A stretch of DNA of 64,000 nucleotides from Minisyncoccota bacterium (lineage in GTDB: Bacteria; Patescibacteriota; Minisyncoccia; UBA6257; 2-01-FULL-56-20), in assembly GCA_041664245.1 (NCBI GenBank), contig JBAYLC010000002.1, positions 11,593 through 75,592 on the forward strand, in the 5' to 3' direction. Below are positions 36,169 through 45,140 of the stretch, piece by piece; positions within the stretch are counted from its first letter, which is position 1; the number at the start of each line of letters is the position of its first letter. Below the pieces are notes generated by a model that made no database searches, was not told the origin of the DNA, and saw only the letters and a program-made list of their open reading frames with translations. Position numbers and translations under genes: made by a program.

Positions 36169-38187
36169 ATGAAAAACAAATTAATTATTTTAATGATAGT
36201 CGGCGTTTTTGTTGCTGGCGGCGTAATGCTTATGCCGGGCAGGAGTTCCGCCGATACGGATCAGTCAGTATTCGATAAATTGCAAAATCAGATTCAGGTT
36301 TTGCTTAAACAGGTTCAGGATTTACAGCGACAGTTAGAATCAATCCGAAACGGAATTACGCCAGTTCAGCCGACAATTACGCAGCCAGTGTCCCCGGCGA
36401 CACCGATATCGATAGTGTGTCCGGGATTGCCGAAAATAATTAAGTTTGGTAATACCGGCAATGAGGTAAAAAACATTCAGAAATTTTTAGCGAAGGACAA
36501 GGAAATTTATCCCCAGGGTTTAGCCACGGGGTATTTTGGTCCAATGACAGAGAAAGCCTTGGAGAAATTTCAGAAAAAATATAATCTGGAAGAAACTGGA
36601 GAATTAGATGACAATACGAAAGATGTCCTAGAGAAAGTTATTGGGCCCACAATTGGATCGACGGCTACTGGTGGGGGTAGTGGAGGGGGTTATAATTGCA
36701 TTATCCCTCCAACTCCAGATCCAAGACCGAATCCAGTGCCGCCTGTTGTGCAGGGGATTAGTGTGATTTCTCCAATAAACGGAGAGCAGTGGGAAGTTGG
36801 AAAGACTTACAAAATAGCTTGGCGGAGTTTGATTGCGACGACGGCGGGTTCGCCAGGTTTGGTGTTTGACGATATGAGTAAGGTTTCGATCAAACTAGAG
36901 AGATATTTTGCTTGTTTGTATGCTAACCCCGCTTGCGGTTTGGCTCAACCGGCGCCTTACGTAATCGTTGGCGAAACTTCTAATAACGGAGTTTACGAAT
37001 GGAAGATTCCTAGCGATCTTGTAAGTAGTGGCCTTTACGAAAAAGCGAGAATTATTGTTTCGATTGTTGGACAGGAGGGTATTATTTATGGAAAGAGCGG
37101 GTTGTTTTCTCTAACGCCTCAGATTAGTCCACCTGATCCGAGTCCGAACGGAATAAAAGTTATCTCTCCGGTGGAGGGTAGTAATTGGCAGGCTGGGAAG
37201 ACTTATAATATTAATTGGTTTACCGCTATCCCTATGGCAGGGTATCCGACGTCGACTTCTTTCGACAATGTTTCAATCAGGTTTGAAAAAAAATATTCCT
37301 GCGATTCACATCCTGGTGAAAGTTGTATTGCACTCGATTCAATATCGTACGTGATTATTGCTTCGACGCCGAATGATGGCAGTTTTAGCTGGACAATTCC
37401 TGCGGAGTTTTCCGGATCATCAGGGAGAATAGTTGTTTCGGTTGTTGGGTATGAATCTATTAATGGGAGGAGTGGGGTGTTTAAGATAGTCTCCAATGAT
37501 TTTGGATCAAATAAGCCGCCGGTTATTTCGGGAGTGAGCGGACCAAGTTCACTTAAAATTGGCGAGACCGGAAATTGGACGGTGAAAGCTTATGATCCGG
37601 AAAATGATTATATGTTCTACGATGTTCGATGGGGAGACGAACCGCAGCCGCCGATGGGTACGCCGACACCGGTGCAAATGCTGATTCCAACGAAAGGCCA
37701 AACTACTACTTTTACTCATGCTTATCAAACTGCGGGAAATTATACAGTGAAGTTTACGGTGTCGGATGACAAGGGACTTACGGCAAAGACGAGTATGAGT
37801 GTAATGGTTGGTAGTGGAACATCAACTAATTCGCCGCCAGTGATTAGTATGAATGCGCTACCGGGACAGGTTAACGTGGGAGCGCCGGTTAGTTCATTGT
37901 GGACGGCTACTGATATTGATGGCGACTCATTTTTCTGGACGATATATTGGGGTGATGGAGATGCTTCTACTTGCCCGCCGGGCACGGTTTCGGCGCAGTC
38001 TTATCTGGGCTACCAATATCCGCTTATGTTTGGAAATTGCAGCAATTTCTCAGTTTCCCATACCTGGTCGAATATCGGTACTTATACGGTGGTTGGAACT
38101 GTTTATGATGGAAGGGGCGGAACGGATGCGCGTAAATTTCAGATAACTGTTGTTAACACAACTACTAGTACGGCAAGTTCGACCTAG
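36169..38187 (+). CDS. Secreted protein: coiled coil, peptidoglycan-binding domain, two Ig-like (Ser/Thr-rich Kre9-like) and two PKD-like domains
   Basis: GNEVKNIQKFL..TGYFGPMTEKALEKFQ; VISP..GE.W..GKTY.I.W twice; WGD/HAY motifs. Confidence 0.85.
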   Translation: MKNKLIILMIVGVFVAGGVMLMPGRSSADTDQSVFDKLQNQIQVLLKQVQDLQRQLESIRNGITPVQPTITQPVSPATPISIVCPGLPKIIKFGNTGNEVKNIQKFLAKDKEIYPQGLATGYFGPMTEKALEKFQKKYNLEETGELDDNTKDVLEKVIGPTIGSTATGGGSGGGYNCIIPPTPDPRPNPVPPVVQGISVISPINGEQWEVGKTYKIAWRSLIATTAGSPGLVFDDMSKVSIKLERYFACLYANPACGLAQPAPYVIVGETSNNGVYEWKIPSDLVSSGLYEKARIIVSIVGQEGIIYGKSGLFSLTPQISPPDPSPNGIKVISPVEGSNWQAGKTYNINWFTAIPMAGYPTSTSFDNVSIRFEKKYSCDSHPGESCIALDSISYVIIASTPNDGSFSWTIPAEFSGSSGRIVVSVVGYESINGRSGVFKIVSNDFGSNKPPVISGVSGPSSLKIGETGNWTVKAYDPENDYMFYDVRWGDEPQPPMGTPTPVQMLIPTKGQTTTFTHAYQTAGNYTVKFTVSDDKGLTAKTSMSVMVGSGTSTNSPPVISMNALPGQVNVGAPVSSLWTATDIDGDSFFWTIYWGDGDASTCPPGTVSAQSYLGYQYPLMFGNCSNFSVSHTWSNIGTYTVVGTVYDGRGGTDARKFQITVVNTTTSTASST

Positions 38188-38253
38188 GTTTTAGTTTCGA
38201 TTAGAAATTCAAAGAGCTCCGCTAAAGCGGGGCTCTTGTGTTATAATTGGAGT

Positions 38254-38715
38254 ATGGTGATTTACTTAGGCGCTGATCATCGAGGTTTTGAATTGAAAGA
38301 ATCTCTAAAACAATTCCTGATGGATGGGGGGTATGAAGTTATCGATTTAGGGAACGACCATTATGACGAGGCGGATGATTATCCGGATTTTGCCAGTTTG
38401 GTCGGAGAAAAAGTTTCGGCTGATTCCGAGCAAGGACGAGGAATTTTGATTTGCGGTTCGGGAGCGGGAGTGACTTTTTCGGTTAATAAATTTCCAAGAG
38501 TAAGGGCGGCTTTGGCGATTTCTTCCGACCAGATTTATGATGCAAGGAAACATGATGATATTAATGTTTTAACTTTGGCAGCTAATTTTGTTGATGGAGA
38601 AGAGGCCGGAAAAATAGTGAAGGTTTTTTTAGAAACTGGTTTCACTGGAGAGGAAAGACACCGGCGGCGAATTAATAAAGTTATTGACTTAGAGGAGCGA
38701 CTTCGTGGCGTGTAG
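38254..38715 (+). CDS. rpiB: Ribose-5-phosphate isomerase B
   Basis: GADHRGF, DYPD, ICGSGAG, RHRRRI; ATG 6 nt after TATAAT. Confidence 0.93.
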   Translation: MVIYLGADHRGFELKESLKQFLMDGGYEVIDLGNDHYDEADDYPDFASLVGEKVSADSEQGRGILICGSGAGVTFSVNKFPRVRAALAISSDQIYDARKHDDINVLTLAANFVDGEEAGKIVKVFLETGFTGEERHRRRINKVIDLEERLRGV

Positions 38716-38802
38716 ATGTTTGTTGTTTTGTTTGTTGTAATTGTTTGAAATTATTATCGAAACAATTGATATACGGCGGAAAATAAATCTAGAAATTTTG
38801 AA

Positions 38803-39468
38803 ATGACCATTATCCCTTCTATAAATTGCCAAGACTTTGAATGTGTTTGCGCGAAGTTTGATAAGGCTAAGGGTTTTCTTCATCCCCAAACGGACTGGGT
38901 GCACATTGATGTGGCGGACGCGGCTTTTACTTACGGCCGGAGCTGGAACAATCCAAGCGAGCTAAAGAAACTACAAGTAGTGGAGGGGCGTTATCCTTTT
39001 AATATTGAGGTGCATCTAATGGTGGAGAATTTGGAAAAAGTTTTTGAAGATTGGCTTAAAGTTGGCGTTAGGAGAATTGTTTTTCATTTTGAGTCACTAA
39101 AAGATGAGGAGAGGGTGGCGAAATTAATTTTAGAAACCTGTAAAAATTATGGAGCGGAGGCGATGATAGCGATTAATCCGGTAACGCCGGTTGAAAAACT
39201 GGTACCGTTTCTAGATTATTTTAATGAATTTCAGATTTTAGCGGTTGTTCCCGGTCCGGCGGGCCAGCCGATGCTTACTATAAATTTAGAAAAGGTTAAA
39301 TTTTTGCGGCAGCGAATGCCAAGTGCTATAATTGAGGTAGACGGAGGAATTAATTTGGCAACAGCGCGATTAGCGAAAGAGGCAGGAGCGAATATTTTGA
39401 TAGCGGGGAGCTACACTTTTGGGAGCGATAACCCAAAGCGTTCTTTCGATGAATTAGCCAGTGTTTAA
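38803..39468 (+). CDS. rpe: Ribulose-phosphate 3-epimerase
   Basis: HIDVAD, EVHLMV, FHFE, PGPAGQ, VDGGIN. Confidence 0.92.
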   Translation: MTIIPSINCQDFECVCAKFDKAKGFLHPQTDWVHIDVADAAFTYGRSWNNPSELKKLQVVEGRYPFNIEVHLMVENLEKVFEDWLKVGVRRIVFHFESLKDEERVAKLILETCKNYGAEAMIAINPVTPVEKLVPFLDYFNEFQILAVVPGPAGQPMLTINLEKVKFLRQRMPSAIIEVDGGINLATARLAKEAGANILIAGSYTFGSDNPKRSFDELASV

Positions 39469-39489
39469 TTTGGCGTGTAAAAATTTTTT

Positions 39490-40344
39490 ATGCAAGGCTT
39501 GACTGAAAAAAAAGAGAAATTTTTGGAAGAGATGGCGAATCGAATTCGCCAAGACATTATTAAGATGTTGACGGCGGCCGGGTCGGGGCATTCAGCCGGA
39601 CCGTTGGGAATGGCGGATATTTTCACCGCTTTTTATTTTCATATTTTAGAACATAATCCCCAAAAACCAGATTGGCCGGATCGGGATAGATTGGTTTTAT
39701 CAAACGGCCATATTTGTCCGGTTTTGTATGCGGCGCTTGGCCGGGCCGGATATTTTCCGATGGAGGAAAGTAAAACACTACGACAGCTTAATTCTCGTCT
39801 TCAGGGCCATCCTCATCGGAAAGCGTTACCGGGACTAGAGACAACTTCTGGTCCGCTTGGTTCAGGGCTTTCACAGGCAATCGGGATTGCATTGGCCGGA
39901 CGATTGGATCATAAAAAATATCATACTTATTGTTTAGCATCAGACGGCGAGCATCAAGAGGGAAATTTTTGGGAGGCGGTGATGTTCGCGGGGAAAAATC
40001 GTTTAAGCAATGTGACGGTGGTGGTGGATAGAAATAATATTCAGATTGATGGCCACACCGAAGATATTATGCCGCTTGAGCCGTTTAAGGAGAAGTATGA
40101 AGCGTTTAATTGGCATGTGATTGAAATTGACGGGCATGATTTTCACTCGATTGTTTCGGCGGTGGCGGAGGCAAAAGCGATTTTTGAGAAGCCGACAGTG
40201 ATTATTGCTCACACGATTTCAGGGAGAGGAGTGAGTTTTATGGAGGGAGATTACCGGTGGCACGGAAAACCGCCGACACTTCAAGAATCGAAGTTGGCTC
40301 TTGAGGAATTAAAAGCTGAAGGGACAAAACTAAAATTTGAATAA
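39490..40344 (+). CDS. Transketolase N-terminal subunit
   Basis: SGHSAG, SNGH, LQGHP, SDGEHQEG, WHGK. Confidence 0.93.
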   Translation: MQGLTEKKEKFLEEMANRIRQDIIKMLTAAGSGHSAGPLGMADIFTAFYFHILEHNPQKPDWPDRDRLVLSNGHICPVLYAALGRAGYFPMEESKTLRQLNSRLQGHPHRKALPGLETTSGPLGSGLSQAIGIALAGRLDHKKYHTYCLASDGEHQEGNFWEAVMFAGKNRLSNVTVVVDRNNIQIDGHTEDIMPLEPFKEKYEAFNWHVIEIDGHDFHSIVSAVAEAKAIFEKPTVIIAHTISGRGVSFMEGDYRWHGKPPTLQESKLALEELKAEGTKLKFE

Positions 40345-40345
40345 A

Positions 40346-41344
40346 ATGATTGATAAATCAGCGAATTTAAATCAAAAAATTTTTAGTAATGATATAGAAA
40401 AAAAAGCTACCCGAGAGGGATTTGGCGAGGGTTTAGTTATAGCCGGAGAACATGACAAAAATGTAGTGGCGCTTTGCGCTGATTTAACGGAGTCAACAAA
40501 AGTTGATGGCTTTGCAAAAAAATTTCCGGAAAGATTTTTCCAAATCGGAGTGGCAGAGCAGAATTTAGCAACGATTGCAGCGGGGCTGGGAGTGAGCGGT
40601 AAAATTCCATTTATTGCTTCTTATGCCACTTTTTCGCCGGGAAGGAATTGGGAGCAGATCAGGACAACTATTTCTTATAACGACTCGAATGTGAAAATTG
40701 TTGGCGCTCACGCGGGGATTTCAGTGGGGGCAGACGGAGCGACTCATCAGGCAATTGAGGATATCGCGACAATGAGGGTGATGGCGAATATGAAAGTTTT
40801 TGTGCCGGCTGATGCGATTGAGGCGAAGAAGGCGACTTTGGCGGCGGCAAAGATTTGGGGACCGGTTTATATCCGGCTTGGTCGCGAAAAAAGCCCAGTT
40901 TTTACCACCGAAGAGACCCCATTTATTCCGGGAAAAGCCGAAATTTTGTGGGTATCAGACGGAAGAGCTAAAGCGCAGGTTTTAATAATCGGATGTGGAG
41001 CTTTGCTTTATAACGCGCTTTTAGCGGCACAGGATTTAGAAAAAGAAAAAATTGGCGTGGTGGTTTTGAATTGCCATACAATTAAACCAATTGACGATAA
41101 AAAAATTGTTGAGCTGGCTAAAAAAATCGGGGCGGTAGTGACGGTGGAAGAACATCAAGTAACGGGCGGATTAGGCGGGGCGGTGGCGGAGGTTTTGGCA
41201 AAGCATTGTCCAACGCCGATGGAATTTGTCGGGATGCAGAATACTTTTGGGGAATCTGGTCCGCCAACGGAGTTAATCGAAAAATATGGGATGGGAGTGA
41301 AAGATATAAAGGCGGCGGTGAAGCGGGTGATAAAGAGGAAATAA
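40346..41344 (+). CDS. Transketolase C-terminal subunit
   Basis: GVAEQN, DGATHQ, IKPID, VEEH..GGLG, FGESG. Confidence 0.93.
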   Translation: MIDKSANLNQKIFSNDIEKKATREGFGEGLVIAGEHDKNVVALCADLTESTKVDGFAKKFPERFFQIGVAEQNLATIAAGLGVSGKIPFIASYATFSPGRNWEQIRTTISYNDSNVKIVGAHAGISVGADGATHQAIEDIATMRVMANMKVFVPADAIEAKKATLAAAKIWGPVYIRLGREKSPVFTTEETPFIPGKAEILWVSDGRAKAQVLIIGCGALLYNALLAAQDLEKEKIGVVVLNCHTIKPIDDKKIVELAKKIGAVVTVEEHQVTGGLGGAVAEVLAKHCPTPMEFVGMQNTFGESGPPTELIEKYGMGVKDIKAAVKRVIKRK

Positions 41345-41394
41345 AAGGATTAGAAATGATTCATGAATAAGGAATTATGAAAATTTAGGAAAAT

Positions 41395-41442
41395 TTATCA
41401 ACAGTTGGTTTTGCGGGGGGGGGGATTAAAGGATGGTATAAT
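41395..41442 (+). promoter_or_regulatory. Promoter with DnaA-box-like motif and G10 homopolymer
   Basis: TTATCAACA 41395-41403; TTGC followed by G10 (41415-41424); TGGTATAAT 41434-41442. Confidence 0.55.
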
Positions 41443-41479
41443 TTAGGAATTAAAAAAGGTCATAAAAAATTTAGAAAAA

Positions 41480-43282
41480 ATGAATAAGAAACTATTATTT
41501 TGGGGTTTGTTTTTGGTCGGGTTTTTCGTGGTCGGTTTAGTTTCGGTCCACGCGCAGTTTGCGCCGGGGGATCGGGTGAAAACAATTACGAATGTAAATG
41601 TTCGGTATATGCCAAGCCCATCAGGTACTGTGTTGGGTGTGCAGCCGATGGGTTCCCAGGGGATTGTTTTGGGTGGCCCTACAAGTACTTATTTTTACGT
41701 TAATTTTGATATTAATCCTGATGGATATGTTTCCGGAGCGTATTTGTCGAAAGTTAGTACTAGCACGGTTTGCGGGGATGCGGATGGTGACGGAAGTGTC
41801 AATATTTCAGACGCAACTTATTTAATTGCTTACATCTTTTCAGGTGGACCAGCGCCCAGCCCAATTTTGGCGGGTGATGTTAATAGTAGCGGGAATGTTG
41901 ATATTTCAGACGCGACTTATCTAATCGCTTATATTTTTTCAGGTGGACCAGCGCCGGTTTGCAATAATAACCGTCCAGTTTTAACTGTTAGTATTGACTC
42001 CTCAACGCCACCGGCTGATCAGATAACTATGGGTTCGACTAATAACCCATTGGCGGTTTATCGGTTAGGTGCTACCGGGGATGATATAAAAGTTTTAGGA
42101 CTAAATGTTTTCCAGAATGTTGCAAATACCTCGACAGTCAAGTCGGCTTTTAGTAGTATGAATATTTATTCTGGAAATGCTTATTTGGGTACGGCTGGTT
42201 CGGCTTTGATTTCTAGTTCAAAATATTATCCTGGTCCCGGTTATTATAGAAAATTTAACTTTACTAATCCGTTAATAATTCCAAAAGATGGTTTTTCTAC
42301 TATAACCATAAGAGGTGATGTGGCTTCCTATTCTTCATCAGGTGCTACTGATGGCAGTTGGCATGTTTTTAGAATAGCGACTTCGTCGGATTCGGATAAT
42401 TATTCGCCCTCACAAACTGTGACGGCTTTGGGAAATACGTCTAATTCAACAGCAACGGTAAATTTGTATTCCGGGGGAAGTAATTATTACATGACTGTCT
42501 TGCGGACGAAATTAGCGATATCATCTACTCCTTTGGGTCCTAGCTACGGAAGAGCAAAGGCAACAACTGATGAACTGGCGCAAATTATTTTTACGGCTGA
42601 TCCAGCCGGGGCTTTAGCTCTTAACCGTATTCGGATTAGTTTTTCGGGAACTGCTACAGCTACCAGCACGTTTTTAGCCGGAGTTACTCTCTATGATACT
42701 GATACCGGCACTAGTTATAACGGAACATATACCCCAACTTCAACTTGTAGTGGCGCTTATTATGATTGTACAAAGGAGTTTGATTTTGGTTCGGGCACTT
42801 CTGGTTATGTTATTAGTGCTGGTGCTTCAAAGTCATTTACTCTAAGAATCAATTCTTTGAATAATACTGCTCCGGCGGTAAATGGCATAGCGCAAACTTT
42901 AGTTGCTAAGGTCAGTTATTCTGGAGATGTTTTGTTCACTGATGGCGCGACTCCGGGCGCGATTTCGTACTTAACTTTGCCTTCTTACTATTTCCCAATT
43001 GCGATAAATTCTGTATCTTATGCAGTAGGAACATTTTTGACTCCAAAGAATCCAACCCCGAGTTTAAATGTTGCACCTACACCAATTTCTCCTTTACTGA
43101 ATTCAGTTGTTCCGATAACTCCAATCAGTCCGTTTCCAATTATTCCGACGGCTCCGAAGACAATGAAAGGAGTTCCTTCGGTTTTGGGAGCTTCAACTTA
43201 TGACACTTTGCAGTCTATGAGATACCAACTTGATGAAATGGCGAAGCAACTTTTGGATATTTTGGGACAGATAAATAGATAA
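41480..43282 (+). CDS. Secreted protein with SH3b-like domain, dockerin type I domain, beta-rich domains and C-terminal helix
   Basis: Signal peptide; FAPGDRV..; duplicated GD.(D/N)..G.V(N/D)ISDATYLIAYIFSGGPAP flanked by Cys. Confidence 0.85.
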   Translation: MNKKLLFWGLFLVGFFVVGLVSVHAQFAPGDRVKTITNVNVRYMPSPSGTVLGVQPMGSQGIVLGGPTSTYFYVNFDINPDGYVSGAYLSKVSTSTVCGDADGDGSVNISDATYLIAYIFSGGPAPSPILAGDVNSSGNVDISDATYLIAYIFSGGPAPVCNNNRPVLTVSIDSSTPPADQITMGSTNNPLAVYRLGATGDDIKVLGLNVFQNVANTSTVKSAFSSMNIYSGNAYLGTAGSALISSSKYYPGPGYYRKFNFTNPLIIPKDGFSTITIRGDVASYSSSGATDGSWHVFRIATSSDSDNYSPSQTVTALGNTSNSTATVNLYSGGSNYYMTVLRTKLAISSTPLGPSYGRAKATTDELAQIIFTADPAGALALNRIRISFSGTATATSTFLAGVTLYDTDTGTSYNGTYTPTSTCSGAYYDCTKEFDFGSGTSGYVISAGASKSFTLRINSLNNTAPAVNGIAQTLVAKVSYSGDVLFTDGATPGAISYLTLPSYYFPIAINSVSYAVGTFLTPKNPTPSLNVAPTPISPLLNSVVPITPISPFPIIPTAPKTMKGVPSVLGASTYDTLQSMRYQLDEMAKQLLDILGQINR

Positions 43283-43451
43283 AGGGAAGTAGGATATTTA
43301 TAATCATCTCAAGGGGGTTCGCTTATCGCGGACCCCCCTTGTTTTTTGGGGGATTTTTGGTATGATATCTGAAAGTTTATCCTTTGCTGAAAGGTCGGGT
43401 TTGTTTATCAAATCTTATAGTCGATAAAAAAACAAAACAAAAATTAAAAAA

Positions 43452-45047
43452 ATGATAAAAAAATTAGTTCCATTTTTTATAGTATTAACGGTTTTGGTGG
43501 TTACTCCGAGCTTAAGCAAGGCGGTGGCTGTTGATCCTCAAATTCAGGGTTTGCAAGCTATTGTTAAAACGCTTACAACGCAAGTTACGGAGTTGCAACA
43601 AAAACTCCAAGAGACTCTGAACGTAAATCAGTTGAATTCTAACCAATTGCCGCGGCCAAGTTTTGCCTGTGGCGACGTTAATCAAAATGGCGTTGTGGAT
43701 TTCAAGGACGCAATAGCAGTTGCTGATTACTATTTTCACGGTAACAGCATAATTAATCTTAATTTGGCTGATGCGGATGGAAACGGCAAAGTAGATATAT
43801 ATGATTTGGTGTATTTGGTGAACTATAGTAGATCAAATGGACCGATGCCAAAATGTTCCGGTGTTGCTCAAGTTCAACCGCCTACACTCTATCAATTGTC
43901 GCAGCCTAGCTTTGTTCAACAGCTACCACAGCCTTATGCTCCGGTAGTTATTCCTAATGATAACCTCCCTGTTTGTGGCGATGTGAATCATGATGGTAAG
44001 GTTAACAAAACTGATTCCGAAGGAATTGTTAATTATATTTTCCCTGGTTCATTTCCAAATACCGGAAGTTTTGATTTAGCTTTAGCTAATACCAATAGCG
44101 ATGATAGTGTTGATATCTCTGATTCTGTTTTTCTTAACGAAGGCGGTGTGCCGCCGGTGAAATGCGCAGCTACTAAACCGATTGTGTGGTTTGTTACTCC
44201 GTCTGTCATCGGCAACGCACCTCTTTCTGGAGGAGTGTTTTTGGAGGTGAAAACTAATAGAGTGGTAGCAGGAGTGCAATACAAGATTGATGGAGTAAAT
44301 GCGGCTCCTGAGGACGTTACGGCTCCCTATGGGCTTCCATTAGATACAAAGACTTTGAGTAACGGCCAGCATACTCTTTTGGCGGTGGCGAGAGACTCTT
44401 CCGGAAATACCGGTGAGACTTCAATGAGTGTAAGTATTAACAATGGGGGTGTAACGCCTGCTCCATCTTATGCTTGCGGCGACGTGGACCATGATGGCTG
44501 GGTTGATATGGTTGATTCCAATGCAATCATGAATTATATTTTCCCTGGTTCATTTCCCTATACTGGGACTTTTGATGTAGCTTTAGCTAATATTAACGGC
44601 AAGGAAAGCGTGGATATTTCCGATGTTACCTATTTTGGTGAATGGTTAAGAAACCATAAATTTGCACCAAATTGTTCGAACGGTCCACTTCCGGCTCAAA
44701 GAATACCGCAGCCGCCTTACACCTGCGGCGATGTGAATCATGACGGTTGGGTTGGTATTACTGATACCGAGGCAATCATGAATTATATTTTTCCTGGTTC
44801 ATATACTAATAGCGGAAGCTTTGATTTGGCCTTAGCCAATACCAACGGCGATAGTAGTGTCGATGTTTCTGACGCTGTCTATCTTAGTGAGTGGTTAAAT
44901 AAGCATAAATCAGCGCCAATTTGCGGTGGCGTGAATTCGCCGACATCGGCACCAAAAGATTACAGAGTTCTTTCATCTTCGGTATATGATTCGATGAAAT
45001 CTCAGCTTGATTTAATTTCTCAACAGTTGCAATCGCTTTTCCGATAA
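43452..45047 (+). CDS. Secreted protein with four dockerin-like domains and an Ig-like domain
   Basis: Four CGDV(N/D)x(D/N)GxV..D..Y.F..A(D/N)...D..C modules; VAGVQYKIDG..ARDSSGN Ig-like domain. Confidence 0.85.
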   Translation: MIKKLVPFFIVLTVLVVTPSLSKAVAVDPQIQGLQAIVKTLTTQVTELQQKLQETLNVNQLNSNQLPRPSFACGDVNQNGVVDFKDAIAVADYYFHGNSIINLNLADADGNGKVDIYDLVYLVNYSRSNGPMPKCSGVAQVQPPTLYQLSQPSFVQQLPQPYAPVVIPNDNLPVCGDVNHDGKVNKTDSEGIVNYIFPGSFPNTGSFDLALANTNSDDSVDISDSVFLNEGGVPPVKCAATKPIVWFVTPSVIGNAPLSGGVFLEVKTNRVVAGVQYKIDGVNAAPEDVTAPYGLPLDTKTLSNGQHTLLAVARDSSGNTGETSMSVSINNGGVTPAPSYACGDVDHDGWVDMVDSNAIMNYIFPGSFPYTGTFDVALANINGKESVDISDVTYFGEWLRNHKFAPNCSNGPLPAQRIPQPPYTCGDVNHDGWVGITDTEAIMNYIFPGSYTNSGSFDLALANTNGDSSVDVSDAVYLSEWLNKHKSAPICGGVNSPTSAPKDYRVLSSSVYDSMKSQLDLISQQLQSLFR

Positions 45048-45140
45048 AATTAGATTGGATTGTTTCGAAAAAAAAGGAGCGACTTTGGTCGCTCCTTTTC
45101 GATTTTGGGGTTTTTGCGGTTCACTGCTATAATTTTCTCT

